A stretch of DNA of 64,000 nucleotides from Phyllosticta citribraziliensis. Taxonomy: Eukaryota. The first letter of the stretch is position 1. Each line of letters starts with the position of its first letter. Positions 47,547 to 60,138 of the stretch are shown here, in pieces. Location of the stretch: NCBI RefSeq assembly GCF_038025025.1, contig NW_027117341.1:1426001-1490000 (forward strand), written 5' to 3'. Made by a program: the position numbers and the translations under genes. The notes beneath the pieces were generated by a model. It searched no databases. It was not told where the DNA came from and saw only the letters and a list, made by a program, of their open reading frames with translations.

Positions 47547-50500
47547 CTGGTTAAAAAACCAGGAGCTTCGTTTCGACGGTTGCTCAGGGCTCGCAATGGC
47601 GGCGAGGGGGCCGGCCTCAGCGACCGCACCACCACCCCTCAGCGGCTTCGCAATGCGGCTGCCGAATGGCACGCCAGAGCCCGTTGGGGAGCCAAGACCG
47701 CGCGTGGAGCCGACCTTGGCGGCCTCGAGCCGCTCCTTGACAGCAGTGAGCTGCGCTTCGAATCTGTTGAGGCAACAACTGTAGTTAGTCAAGCGGGTCT
47801 TCATCTACGTACACGGAAGAGCGGTGCGGTGACAATGGACGGGAGAGTGGAAAGAGAGTTGGGGAAGCGAGATATGAGGGGTGTAGTGGGGACGGAGGGG
47901 TAGGCAAGGGGGACGGAGATGATGTAGGGTGAAAGAGGTCGGTGTTTGAGGAGCGTTGAATGTAAGCATTGTATGAGATTGATTGCTCCGCCCGAAAAAG
48001 TGGAGAGAGGACTGGGGAAAGAAACAAATGCTGGGCATGGACGTGCCTGTGATTCGCCGCAGTGAGCTTCTCCTGCGAGTCTTGGAGCAGGTTCTCGAGA
48101 CTCTGGATACGCTCGTTGCGCGCAATGAGCTTGCGCTCGGCAATGGCGACTTCCTTCTTGAGGCTGCTGTTCTGCTCAACCAGCTGGCGCTGGACGACGG
48201 TGAGCTGCTCCAGGTTGCGCTCAAGGAAGGCCATCTTCTTCTGCTGGGCGCGGTTGTTGGATGTCCGCAGAACGTTGTTGTACTGTTCGCGGGTCTCGTC
48301 AAGCGAGATTTCGAGTTCGACGACCTGTATAGTCAAACACCCCGGACCAGGGGCGCAAAAGATTAGCTATGTACTTCACCAACGGCGATGCAGCTGAGGC
48401 GATATACCCTTTCACATCGGTTCTGCAGATCCCGCATCAGGCTCTTCTTCATGGCATCAAACTCGGCAATCTGCTGTTGCAGCGTCTTGCCGTTGACAGC
48501 AGTAACGCCGTTGGCCCCGTTGACGGCGGCGCCGCTCTTGAGACGCTGCTCCATCTCCTCCGTCTGGGACCTGAGCTGTTTGGCCTCTTCCACCTTGCGC
48601 GCAAGGTCCTCTTTGAGCTCGGTGATGAGGTCGGCTTGGCCATCCTGGCGAGCGGCATAAGCATCATAAAGACGCTGCTTGACCTCCTCCACGTCAGCCT
48701 CGCTAAGGTTGCGTTCGAGTATTGACTCGTATTCCTGCTGCACACTAGCAAGGCGCTTTTCGAGAGCCTCACGGCGCTGCATGTGAGCCTCGTCGAGCTC
48801 TCCCCGCTCCGTGACGGAAAGCTCCGCCTGGCGCACGATGCCCTGCGTCTCGAGCAGCTTCTGTCGAAGGTCGCGCAGGGAGTCGGGTGCGACGATTTCG
48901 CCGCCGGATGTGATTGCAATGAGCTGATCCACCTGCTCGATGGCCTTGCGGATATTCTTCTCGTTGTCGGAGAAAATCTCACCGCCGAGGTCAAACCCAG
49001 CCATCATCTGGGCCATGCGCTCAGCCTTCTTCTTCTCTTTCTCATCGAGGATGGCACCGGCTTCCTTTGCGCTCATCTTCGCATCCAAAAGTTGCTGCTT
49101 AATCTCGTCGAGCTCGGTAGTCAACTCAGAGTTGGCTTCCTTGAGGCCGTCCATTGTAATTTGTGCCTCCTTGGCCTCGAAGTTGATCTTTTCGACTTGC
49201 ATCTTCAGGTCGTTAATTTCCGAGTTGAGCTTCTCGTTGTCTTTGCTCGTCTTGGTGTCGTGCTCCTTGAGGAACGACAGCTCCTCCTTTGCATCTGCGA
49301 GGTTCTTCTCCGCCTTTGCAATCTGCGACTCCTTGTCCGCCAGCTGATCTTGCAAGTCATTCTCGCGACGGAGGAATTCTTCCTTTTCATCCTTCTCGAG
49401 CACTGTCGGAGTTGCCGCTCTTTCAAGCTCTAGCCTGGAGTCTGGCCGTGACGGCGTCTCAGACCTTCTCTTGACACTGTCCACTGCGGAGGGAGTCTCG
49501 GCACGCTTCTCTGCGGGTGCCTTCTTCTTTGGTGCCTCAACCTCAATGGCTGGGACCCACTTCTCCTGCGGCACCGGCTGGCCAGCACGCCATTGCTGTA
49601 CTTCGTCCTGTATATTTGAGATGTATTCGGTGTAAGAAGTGACTTGGGTTTGGGCCTTCTTAAGCAGCGCTTTGAGTTCGGCGGGAGACAGTTCGGCATT
49701 GACCTTGGCCTTGTTCTTGATGGATTTGGCACGGACACCGAAACGCAAGGTGCTCACGGTTTCGGCGTCGTTGTAACTCGAGGGCGAACAGTTGATGACT
49801 AGCGTTGTCCGCGAGTTACCACCCAGGGACTCTTGCAGGATACGCGTGAGCTTTGAGTCACGGTAAGGAACGTGGGTGGATTTGCCGTCGGTCAGCGCGT
49901 TGATGACCATACCAAGGGCACTGAGACTCTTGTTGATCTTCTTGGCCTCCTCCAGAGTCTGTCCAGAAGCGCCAGTTTTGCCGACCTTTTCCGAACCTGC
50001 CAAATCGACCAAGAAGAGCTGACCAGTCTTGGCCGAACCGGTATCCATGTTCTTTTGCGAGACGGTGATGACGAAGATGGAGTGCGAGCGCGAGGATTCC
50101 TGGTTCATGTTGGTCGCGGAGACGGCTCGGGCCTGCCCACCTCTCCGCATGACCTCGTAAACCTCCTGCACGTTGCCCACGTAGACTTCCAACAGGCCCT
50201 TGACGTAGACGCCCTTGTTCTTCTCTTCGTGGACGGGCAGGTTGTCATTTTGCGGGGCCAGCAGATCGCGGATCCTTTCCATGTAGATTTCCATGTAGCT
50301 GACGCGAACCGTGTACTCAATGTTGGAGGGAGAGACCAAGATGCTGGCAAAGATTTGCTCGACGATGCGAGGTATTATACCCTTGTTTTCCTCGTCGTCA
50401 ATGTCAGAACCCATCATGGTGTACGATTTACCAGCACCGGTTTGACCGTATGCGAAAACGGTTCCGTTGTAGCCATTGAGGATATCGTCGACTGTCGGGC

Positions 50501-50901
50501 GAATCGAAAAGTCGAAAATGTCCCTCTGATGAGAGTTCATGTCGAAAACGCGGTCAAAGGTGAATTCACCCGCCGCCTCCATGGACTGTGCACGGGCAAC
50601 GTGTTAGCATGGTGTGCACCGGTGGGCGAGGCCTTTACTACGCGTACCTGGATGCTACATGTGTCCTCAGATTGGAAGGACACAATCGGTTGGCCTCCGC
50701 TGGCGAGTTCGATTTTGTTTTGCGGGCGAAACCGCGCAACAACTGTGACGCGAAAGATCAGCTGCCATCCCGAATCGACGTGCAGGATTGGAGACAGAGT
50801 GTCTGGCAAACGGCAACGTACCCTTGATGCTGTTGTAGCTCCTAATTGACGCACTGTTAGCACAAGCCGTCGAGGGTAGCGGCGGTGGGGTGGACTCACA
50901 T
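47538..50901 (-). CDS. Kinesin-1 heavy chain (conventional kinesin, KinA/Nkin-like)
   Basis: Introns 50842-50899, 50743-50821, 50586-50647, 48325-48407 and 47764-48046 (GC-AG). P-loop GQTGAGKS, NQESSRSH, LVDLAGSE, coiled coils and tail RIAKPLRGG. Confidence 0.96.
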
Positions 50902-51760
50902 GGTTGCTAAGGGTCAGGGCAACTAGGCCCGGCGGCCAGGAGAGGTGTAATGGGCCGCACGCAAAGACGACCGAGATGTAGGTAGAGACAGCCGGGTGAG
51001 GGCGGTAGTGGTGTATCGCGAGCGTGACGGTTGACAGGCGAGTCGGCGTTGGTGCGGTCAAGGGATGGAGAGAGAGTTGAGTCGGGCTTGGAGTGATGCG
51101 GTGGCCGGCGGTGTACCTTGTACCTGTGCTCCAGGGTTGAGGCCTGCACCAGCGGCAGAATGCAAGCAGCGCTGAGGAAAAAAGGGAGGGTCTTTTAGGA
51201 GCGAGCTAGCAGCAGGTGCCAGTGCTACCGTGAGGTTGATGGAGGGGTGAACAGGTGGGCGGCGGGGAGAGGGGGAGCAGAGCAGGGCAGGGCACGAGGG
51301 AGCGAGGAGAGCAAAAGTTGGCGGTATTCCGCTTTGGGTCGAGGCGGTCTGCGGGCGTCGACGGGAAATTATTGTTGTTGACTGACGATTGTTGATCCCG
51401 GTGCGGGTCCACGACCACCTCACAAGTCACACCCTGGCTGCCCGGCCCTGGGTGGGCTGGCCTGCCTTGCCCTGCGCCGCGCCGCGCCTCGCCTCGGCTT
51501 AGGTCGCACGACAACACAACACCACTACCTCTCCGGACACGACCTGCGAATATATACTCTGTTCAGTTCATACCAGTGCTGCTAGCGAGATTAATCAAAG
51601 AAAGAACCCCCAGCCCTGTCCTTGACCCTGTGCGCCCGTCCCTCACGCCATGCTTAGTGACTAATTGCAACAAGCTGTTCAATCCAATCCTGAACTCCCT
51701 CCGCCTTATCCGCGGATGAACCCATTGTGCCCATGTCTGATCCTCGTCATCCCATCTTGT

Positions 51761-52474
51761 TCAATCCTCCCAGCTCTTCTCCACCGTCTCGCGCACCCGC
51801 TTGATGTACTCGCGCTTGTTGTCCTTGTACAAATTGCTAGCCTCGACGTTGGCCGGAGAGCTCGTGTTTGGATCATTGAGCAGACTGTCCACTTATCAGT
51901 ACGTGGTTCTGAACGCAGGAGGCAAACGTCCATACCTCTGAATACTCGTCAAAATCGCAGCAACGTCATACGTCGGGCTCCACCGGTTTTGCAGAATGTC
52001 CAGGCAAAGTTCGCCAGTGGCGTAGACGTTGGGGTGGAACATTTGCGAGATGAACTTGACGCCCGGGGGCTTGTTCGGATATGCCTCCTCAAAGTGCATC
52101 ACCAGTCGGAAAGTGCCATCTTCAAACGGCGTGTCGGCTGGGCCGATGATGACGGCGTTCCTGTAACAAAGTCCACATGAGTACCAGGAGCATTCCACCG
52201 AAATTTGGCATTCACGTGTGCTTGTGGCCATGTGGCGGGCGGTGGCGGTCGAGGGTTGGAGGCATGGGATCCGGCAAGGCGTGGGAGAATGGGGAAGCGT
52301 ACCAGGTCATGACATTGTCTGCGATTGGCGATGCAGAGACTCCAGCGGGAGGGTCTGTTTGCATACGCTGTTGGCGTCTAGTCAGCCAAAAGTGCCATGA
52401 GTCTTGTCGAGCCTTGTACTTCCTTGACATACCTTGAAGTCTCGCATCAGACGTCTGCGCGCGGCGGTCGACAT
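51761..52474 (-). CDS. RAD6: Ubiquitin-conjugating enzyme E2 Rad6/Ubc2
   Basis: Introns 52368-52432, 52161-52302 and 51885-51935. Sequence [21 protein letters not shown]...[21 protein letters not shown]...VEKSWED. Confidence 0.97.
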
Positions 52475-53166
52475 GGTAGAAAGATGTTGTCCTGCTGGTA
52501 CGAGAGGTTGTGTCGAGGGCAATGCAGAGGTGGCGCTTGTGCACAAGGGTGGTTGATTGAGGCGCGAAAGCCGGCCTGGGAAGCGTTGAAAGAGGGCACG
52601 AGGTTCCGTCGGCGTTGATCGAGAAGGCGGGCAGCAAGCGTCAGGGTGCGGGACGCACTTACCACCGGTCCGACCTGCCTGGGTGACAGTTTGGCTTAGT
52701 CACCTGGGCTGACAGTTTGGCTGTCACGTGGGCCTCCGTCGAGTCCCGTCCGGGCCATCACCTCAGGTCGAACCTCTTCCACCTTTCTGGGAGAAAGCAA
52801 TACAGCATCACTCAGTCATACATGCTGTTGAGTCGGGAAGTTCAAGATTGGAGATATCAGCCATCCAGACCGTCTACATACGACTACAATCAAATGAAAG
52901 GAAAAAAAGACAGAAAAAAGAAACAAGAACCCTGGTGCAACCCCAGACGGTTTCCCTTCAAACCAACCGGACGCCGTCTTTGGATATGTTCCCTTTTTAT
53001 CCGAAGAAACCAGGGCCGTGAGCGTATCTGAACAAGCTCCCTCAGCTACCGCACGAGAGGCGTCCCATCTCTTTCAAAACCCCCCATTTTGTACCCCAAA
53101 CGCCTTTCGATGCATGTGACCCATCGGGGGACATACTCGTAGCTGTAGTCTTCAACTTGGTGGCCC

Positions 53167-55449
53167 TCAGATGAAGCCCCCTTGACGGCCACCCGATGAC
53201 CCAAAGCTTCCACGACCACCCGAAGAGCCGAAGCCCCCACGGCCGCCTGAAGACCCGAAACCTCCACGACGGTCTGAGGATCCAAAGCCTCCACTGCGAT
53301 CCGAAGATCCAAAGCCACCACGAGATCCACCACGATCCGAGGATCCAAAACCACCACGGGATCCTCCACGGCCGCCGAACCCTCCACGTCCGCCTGAAGA
53401 CCCGAACCCTCCACGACCGCCTGAAGACCCGAACCCTCCACTGCGGTCTGAGGATCCAAAGCCTCCACTGCGGTCCGAAGATCCAAAGCCACCACGCGAT
53501 CCACCACGATCAGAGGATCCAAAGCCACCACGGGATCCACCACGATCCGAAGATCCAAAGCCACCACGCGATCCAAAGCCTCCGCTGGACCCAAAGCCTC
53601 CACGAGATCCAGATCCGCCTGACCTAGGTTCCTCTTGAGTGATACCTCTGACACCCGAAAGGGCACAGGCAGTGATTTGCTTTGGGGAGAAGCCTGGAAT
53701 GGGATCCAATCCCATGATGTCCGTGGCCGCCGCATTGATCTCGTCGACTACTCTCTGTTTATCAAAGCGACTTTTGCCTTGGGCATTGTTGGTAACCATC
53801 GTCCGGTACGCGTCGCGTCTCGAGTAGGGATCTGTTCCTCTCATGGCTTTCGTAACTTTGTCGAGGAGCTGCGTGGTTTCGGCACTTGGGTTGCCCAAAT
53901 CTTCCGAGGCGGTTTTCAAGCCAGAATCGAGCTTGATCGGGAATTCGCCAAGTCTTCGGAGAGCCTCCGAGCTCTCGAACTTGGGAATCAAAAGCCAAGC
54001 CTCTCCCTCTTTGCCTGCGCGACCGGTGCGACCAATCCTGTGGACATAGTCGTCTCTGGTCTTGGGAGTACCGAATTGGATGACATGGGTGACATTGGGA
54101 AAGTCCATTCCTCGAGCAGTGACGTCTGATGAAACCAGGATACCCGTTTTGCATGCCTTGAACGCGTCCGAGGCCCGACTGCGAGCCTGCTGGCTAAGTC
54201 CGGATTGAATCTCGCCAATTTCCAAACGCTTAAACTGAGGAGAGGTACCGGGCATTGACTGTAGGTTCGTGAGAGCGTCCGCAAAGAAGGGCACTTGTTT
54301 AGTGGTGTTCATGAACACCATGGCCTTGAAGGGCCGCTCAGGCGTTGCGTTCTCCGCGTCACGCTGAACAAGCTCAAACAGGGATAGCATGGCGTTTTTG
54401 TAGGAGGCTCCCTCAACAACCTTTTGCGGCACTCTCTTGTGTGTGGGCTGCTCGTCCTCGCGAATCGTCTGCACGAAATGGAAATTCGGCTTGAGCAACG
54501 AGCGAACCATGGTCTTGACACCCTTGGGGATAGTGGCAGAGAACATGAGAGTCTGGCGGTCCTTTTCTTCGGGTTTCGGGAAGAACTTCTTGATTTCCAT
54601 AATGTCGTCGTAGAAACCCACTTCCAGCAGGCGATCAGCTTCGTCAAGAACCAGGAAGTCGAGATTCGGCACAGAAACGCCCGCCTCTTTGTCGCTCAGC
54701 AGATCCATCAATCGTCCGGGTGTAGCAACAAGCAGGTGGCAGCCTTGCTCGTGGATCCTTCGGAGAGATTGGGCCTTGCCCATACCACCGACAGCCGTTT
54801 GAACTTTGATGCCAGTGTGGTAGACAACCCTTTTCGCCTCGACAGCAATTTGCTCAGCGAGCTCTCTTGTCGGAGAAATGATGATACCCCGAATGTTGAG
54901 CTGTGGGTTTGAGCCACGGCCGAAGCCGTTCCTTCTGGAGGGAGAAAACTCGGCAAGCTGGGGGTTCCTTTTGAGGATTCCTTGGAGCATTGGAAGCAAA
55001 AATCCGATGGTCTTGCCGGTACCGGTCCTAGCTTGTGCAATGCTACTTGGGTCAGCATGAAAATTAGAGGCGCTGGGAGTGCAAGCTTACACGTCGTCGC
55101 CCCGGAGAGCCTCGTTGATGGATGCTGTTTGGACCTCTGTCATTGTTTCCAGCCCCATGTCACCCGTGATGGATTTGATGATGTTCGGGTGGACAAGACC
55201 GTGCGTTGCAAGATCGTCGAATCTGCTGATGCGCTGCGTCTGCTGGTTTGATTGAGTGGCAGCGGCCGCAGCCTCAACTTGCGAGAGTTGAGAAGACGAT
55301 TGTAACGTGCGAAGAGAAACAGAGGACGGAATCGAAACGCGAGCGAGAGAATTGACGAGCGCAGTGCTGCGTGGCGCCACGCGACCAGCAGTCGCGGCCG
55401 TCAAGGCGCGCGACAGAGGAGCAGGGCATCTTCTTAGAGACGCGAGCAT
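53167..55449 (-). CDS. MSS116: Mitochondrial DEAD-box RNA helicase, Mss116/CYT-19-like
   Basis: Arg-rich presequence; intron 55043-55090. Q motif MTEVQ, ARTGTGKT, PTRELA, TPGRL, DEAD, SAT, ARGMD and HRIGRTGRAG. Basic Gly-rich tail. Confidence 0.9.
53172..53622 (-). repeat. Coding minisatellite (27- and 36-nt units) encoding GGFGSS(DR/GG)R repeats
   Basis: About 15 GGFG units in the helicase C-terminus. Confidence 0.9.
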
Positions 55450-55911
55450 GATGAGAAGTGCCGCCGAAGGGGACCGGCGGATGGCGACGAGGAATTGAGA
55501 ATTTGTAAGACCGAACGAGACGATGTATGAAGTTCAGGCAAAAGACGCGAGGTGACGAGGAGAGCACCCAAAAACTCGGAGGGATTTGACGACGATGGCG
55601 AGTTAAGGCGTTGAGTAGGTGGGTGTGGACGTCAACCAGATAATTTTCTGGCGCTGCCCGGCACAGTCGCCGTCAGATAAGCCATGCCTATTTCGGCAGG
55701 CGGTGAGAAGACCCGTGATCGCCACCTGGACAGAGCTCCGCAGCATTTTCAGGTCCATTTGTCGACGCTGCCAATTGTTTTCCTTGGCTCGAGCGACAAC
55801 CACACTGCGCATGTCTATTGCCACGTTCAAGTCGGCTTACTATTTACCCATTGTTCTACGTCTAGTGACAGATCCAAAATGCGATAAACCTTTGACAAAC
55901 CAATCTACCAT

Positions 55912-57044
55912 TTACGCCTTGCCCGTCTGCGTAACCCGAACGTCTTCTCTGGCCCCGATAATCAAAAAGCCCTCACTTACGCCCTCGTGGATCCCTCCCG
56001 TCACGGCCCTGAGCGACCAGAGCGTCAAGTCGTTTATCGCCTGGCCAACCTTGCCGTCGTTCATCTGACAAATGGCGTTCGTAACCCTGATGCTGCGCCG
56101 GCCCAGCTCGTCGACTGTCTGGATCGACGAGGCGAACAATCGCTCCGATATTCTGTGTTCTCGCTCGTACTGGTACGCCTGGCTGAGGAAAATCTTGATG
56201 TAAGGCAGCAAGAGATGTAGAAAGAGGAACAGCTGAATGATGCTGGACGCGAGCAGTCGATGCAACCACGAGGGCTCTGGAGGTTGAGTGCGCGAGTGCA
56301 TAGCTGCGTGGTGGCCATCGGAGCGGACGAGCTGTCCACTCGCCGCGTCGACATGGACGACCTTGACCGTGTCCGGTGGAAGCGCCGTCTCGATGGACAG
56401 CTTCTCATCTGCGCTCAGATCGGATGGCAGACCTTTCAAGAGGTAGGTCAGGGCGTGCAGGTACAACTGGCGACTGAAAGAGGGGGCACTGTGGTCCGGA
56501 GTACCGAGCGTCGAGTATTCCTGCAGGGCGGTTGTGAGGAGGCTGAGCCCTAGAGTTGGCCAGCGGTTAGCAGCGTTGACAAGCAAGTGAAAGGGTGGCG
56601 CAAGACACCTTGGTTGGCATATTTCCAGTTGATGCCGCTTTGCATCTCGAGGGGCCGGTACACGGGCAGCGGCGTGGCGCTGGAGGAGGACGAGGGCCTT
56701 TCATCTATCAGGGCATCATCTGACAGCGTCTGCACGGAATCGCTGTCAGAGAGGCCTGATGGGCGGCGCGTGGTGGCACTCGAGGGCCTGGAGGTATAGC
56801 GTGGAGGGGGCGTCTGCGAAGCGGAAGCATCCGGGCCGCACGTGTACGGTAACGCGGACGAAGGCTCTTTTGGTTGCGCAGTGGTGCTGTTGCGGAAATT
56901 GCTGACTGTGCGACGCAGCGACCGCAGTCGAGGTATGCGGCTCTGGATCAGAGCAGGCAGGATGGCGTAGACGGTCGAGGGCGCATCGTCCTGTTTAGCT
57001 ATCCAAGTCTCTGAATGGCATACATGGCCGGCCGGCTGCGCCAT
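55912..57044 (-). CDS. Hypothetical protein (two exons)
   Basis: Intron 56550-56608 joins SGINWKYANQ to GLSLLTTALQE...RQLYLHALTYLLKGLPSDL in frame. One hydrophobic helix. Confidence 0.8.
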
Positions 57045-60000
57045 CGAAAGAGTCGAGTCGAGTCGGGTCGAGTGGGCAACGGACGACACTACTCAGTTGC
57101 TGGCAGCGGAGGACGGGCGGCAAGGTATCGTCTCCAGTGGTTGAAGAAAATCCGGGGAGCTTATCAGAAGATGGGATGGCTGGCGAACATGTGATGGCAT
57201 GGCAGCCCGAACCAGAGGTGAGGTCCCAGGGACTCGAGGACAATTGTTGAGGGCGGCACAGGACCCGCAGACAGGACAGTGGCAATGGGACATCCAGTCC
57301 AGTCGCAGTCCTGCAGCAGCGGCACCGCACTCGACGTCGTCGTAGACTTGTGCCGCGATGCTGCTTCTGGTTGGTTCACTGCGTCGGCTGCATGCCTGCG
57401 CCGGCCCTTGGCGACGTCATTCCTCGCCGTCCAGTTGCACGTGAAGAGACACCATGGCCGGCTCCAGGTCCGCTTGCATCTGGCCGTCTCTGTCGATTCT
57501 TCCCTCCGTTTCCTCCAACCGCTGCCTTTCCTCTGCACCGTCGTGTCCCCCTTCCGGCTCCCATCTGGCGCGGTCCAAACCTGACAGCGACTCGCGTCTC
57601 CATCGGCACAGCAGCAGACTTTGCCGTCACCGCATCCTTCCGAGGCATCGTCTGGGAGGAACACTGTGCGTCAAGCCAAAGCCATCATCTCAGCCACCTA
57701 GGCTGCACCACCAACTCGCGTCCACGCGGCTCGCTCTTCGCGCTTGGTCTCACTTGGAAAAGCGTCAACAAAATGTGCTCGTGGCTGTCCAACGCCGAAA
57801 CCGCCGCACCGAAAAAATCGGAAACACCAGCGCAGAAGTACGCACTTGGACGTATCTCGCTGTCGAGACACGAATCAGCTCAAGTCGGGAAAAGTCGCTT
57901 GGTCCTTGGGGGAGGCAAACTTAACCGTCATCAGGCCATATGCTTTGCTCAACCACGCACTAACGGCGCTCTGTTTTATAGGTCGGATCCATGACCGTTT
58001 GGTACGTCCTCAGCATCAGGGTCCGCAATTGGACATTTTTGGTAGTAAACCAGCACGCTGCTCGTGTCGAGATCCCGCCCTTGCGCCTGCAAAACCCATC
58101 CTGACACGACGACATACCAACGATACGTATCGCAGCATCGCCTCTGGTGAGAAGGATCATTTTAGTAATAAACTAAAGCCCATCGCGCCGTCACCATGTC
58201 CTTGCTCTTGGCAACACACCGGAACTCGCTCGTCGAACCTTCCTGGCAGCGGCGCGGAGATGATCGGTGCATCATCTGCGATGCAAAGCGCTCGCGCAAC
58301 GACGCTCCATCGCTCCTCGCTTTGTATAGCTCTTCGACTGTGGCAATAGCCATCATTATACTACGGCCTTGGTCTAAATGCGACAAGGGCAGATGACTTT
58401 GATGTGCCCGGCAACAAGAGGTGGCGATTTTGACGTGACAGCTCCCTGTCTGTGGCACTATGCGAGTGTTGACTTGATGCATTGCTGTGGCTGGTGAGAG
58501 ATCGGATCATAATTAAGAGGGGCTGACCTCTCACACTATTCGCAACACCAACAGACAGGGCCTTCCAAACGCTTCAACGGCCAAGAGAGATTGATTCACG
58601 GCCGCGCGGTTGGCTGATCAGAACCGTTGGCTGTACGCTGTGATGCAGCTCAGGCGCACAAGTTCACTGGATCTGCCGTTCACAATGGCGTTTGAGGCGT
58701 TGAAGCTTCTTTGCAATCGTGTCGTGGAGCTGACATTAGTCATGACATCAAATCTACGTTTTACCCGAATGGTTCCAGCACTTCCGACCACACACCTCTA
58801 CCCCAGTCATCCTGGTCTGCCCTTTGGTCCATGGGGTCGAGAGCTTCTTCCCTGAAGTCAAGCAGCCGACAACCTTTTCCTCCGCCTGCCAATGCTTGCT
58901 ACCGGGTGCAGCTGTCTTCCAACCAAAAACAGTGCCGCATCGGAGCGTGCTTGCGACACGACAACTGGTTTGTTGGCTACCAAAGTTGTACTGCTTCGCC
59001 TCGTAGCAAGTATTTCCGGTCTACAAACAAGTCGATCGGCGGGAGCGGCGACCTATGAACAAATCGCTGGAGAAGAGGCTGTGCGGGTTCTGCCGTAAGC
59101 ACCAGGCTCACAGCCGCATCGTTGACAGGGACGACGTCTGCTGAGGCTCACTCATCTCAACAAGGCGTGCTGCTACTGTCTGCTATTTTGAGACGGCGCA
59201 GCGCCAGTCATGGCTAGCTCCCGCCCGGGATACAGCTAGAGCTCCTCGTGGGACATGGGGGCCCAGCCTGTGAGCTGACTTTGCCTCAGCTAATTACAGA
59301 TCTACCAACATGTCATGAACTTTTGCGCCAACATGCCTACTGGCCTAGGGTCTCTTTGCCTTGCGCGTCTTCTGGGATATCCCCGCCGGGCCTGGCCCTT
59401 TTTTGGTCCCCTTCTCAAATTCCCATTCCATCCCCGCCACCGTTGACCCCTTTTTGAACATGTCGCGTCTATCTCTTTCAAGAATTCTCTTGGCGTAGGT
59501 GGAGTCGGGGAACGGGGAGTCAATGTGCCAAACATACTCTCGTCATCCCACGCAAATCACTTGCCATCCATTGCAAACTGTACACGAGAGCGCGCTCGAG
59601 CAATTGGTAAGTTTGGAATTCCATCTCCAACTGTCGTCGCGTCACGATACAGGCCTTTTGGCCCGTCGCTCCCCCCGCGCAGTAAATGAAAGCTCGAGCT
59701 TGTATTCAGCCGCCGATCTGACGACCTTTAGACCTCAATCGCAAAAGCGACGCCGCCTCGACTTCATTTCTAACCACAGCATTTTATCACTGTCGCAGTC
59801 GCATCGTTAGACCTCTGGGCATGCATCAGTAGCGGAGGTCCATTCGTTCAAAACCTCCTGCCTGCCACCAGCTCGCTACACGATATTGAGCAATCGTTGC
59901 CTTCGTTAGGACCTGTCCAAACCTAGCCAATCTGGATCGATGGCATTTCGCGACCTCAGCTGTAGACAGTCTGTTCAGAATTTTCCACTTCGATCGAACT

Positions 60001-60138
60001 GCAGAAACCTTTTATCCCACCATTCCTGTGGCCAATCCCGAATACTTTTGCGACAAAACTCGGCTCTGATAGGGGTGCTTATTACTGTTCCGCAAAGGAT
60101 CAGAGCGTCTTCGGCGCGCTGGGGACTAGTGAGTGCAG

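Noticed and set aside
53046..53735. Alternative-frame repetitive ORF over the helicase tail
   Set aside because: By-product of the coding minisatellite.
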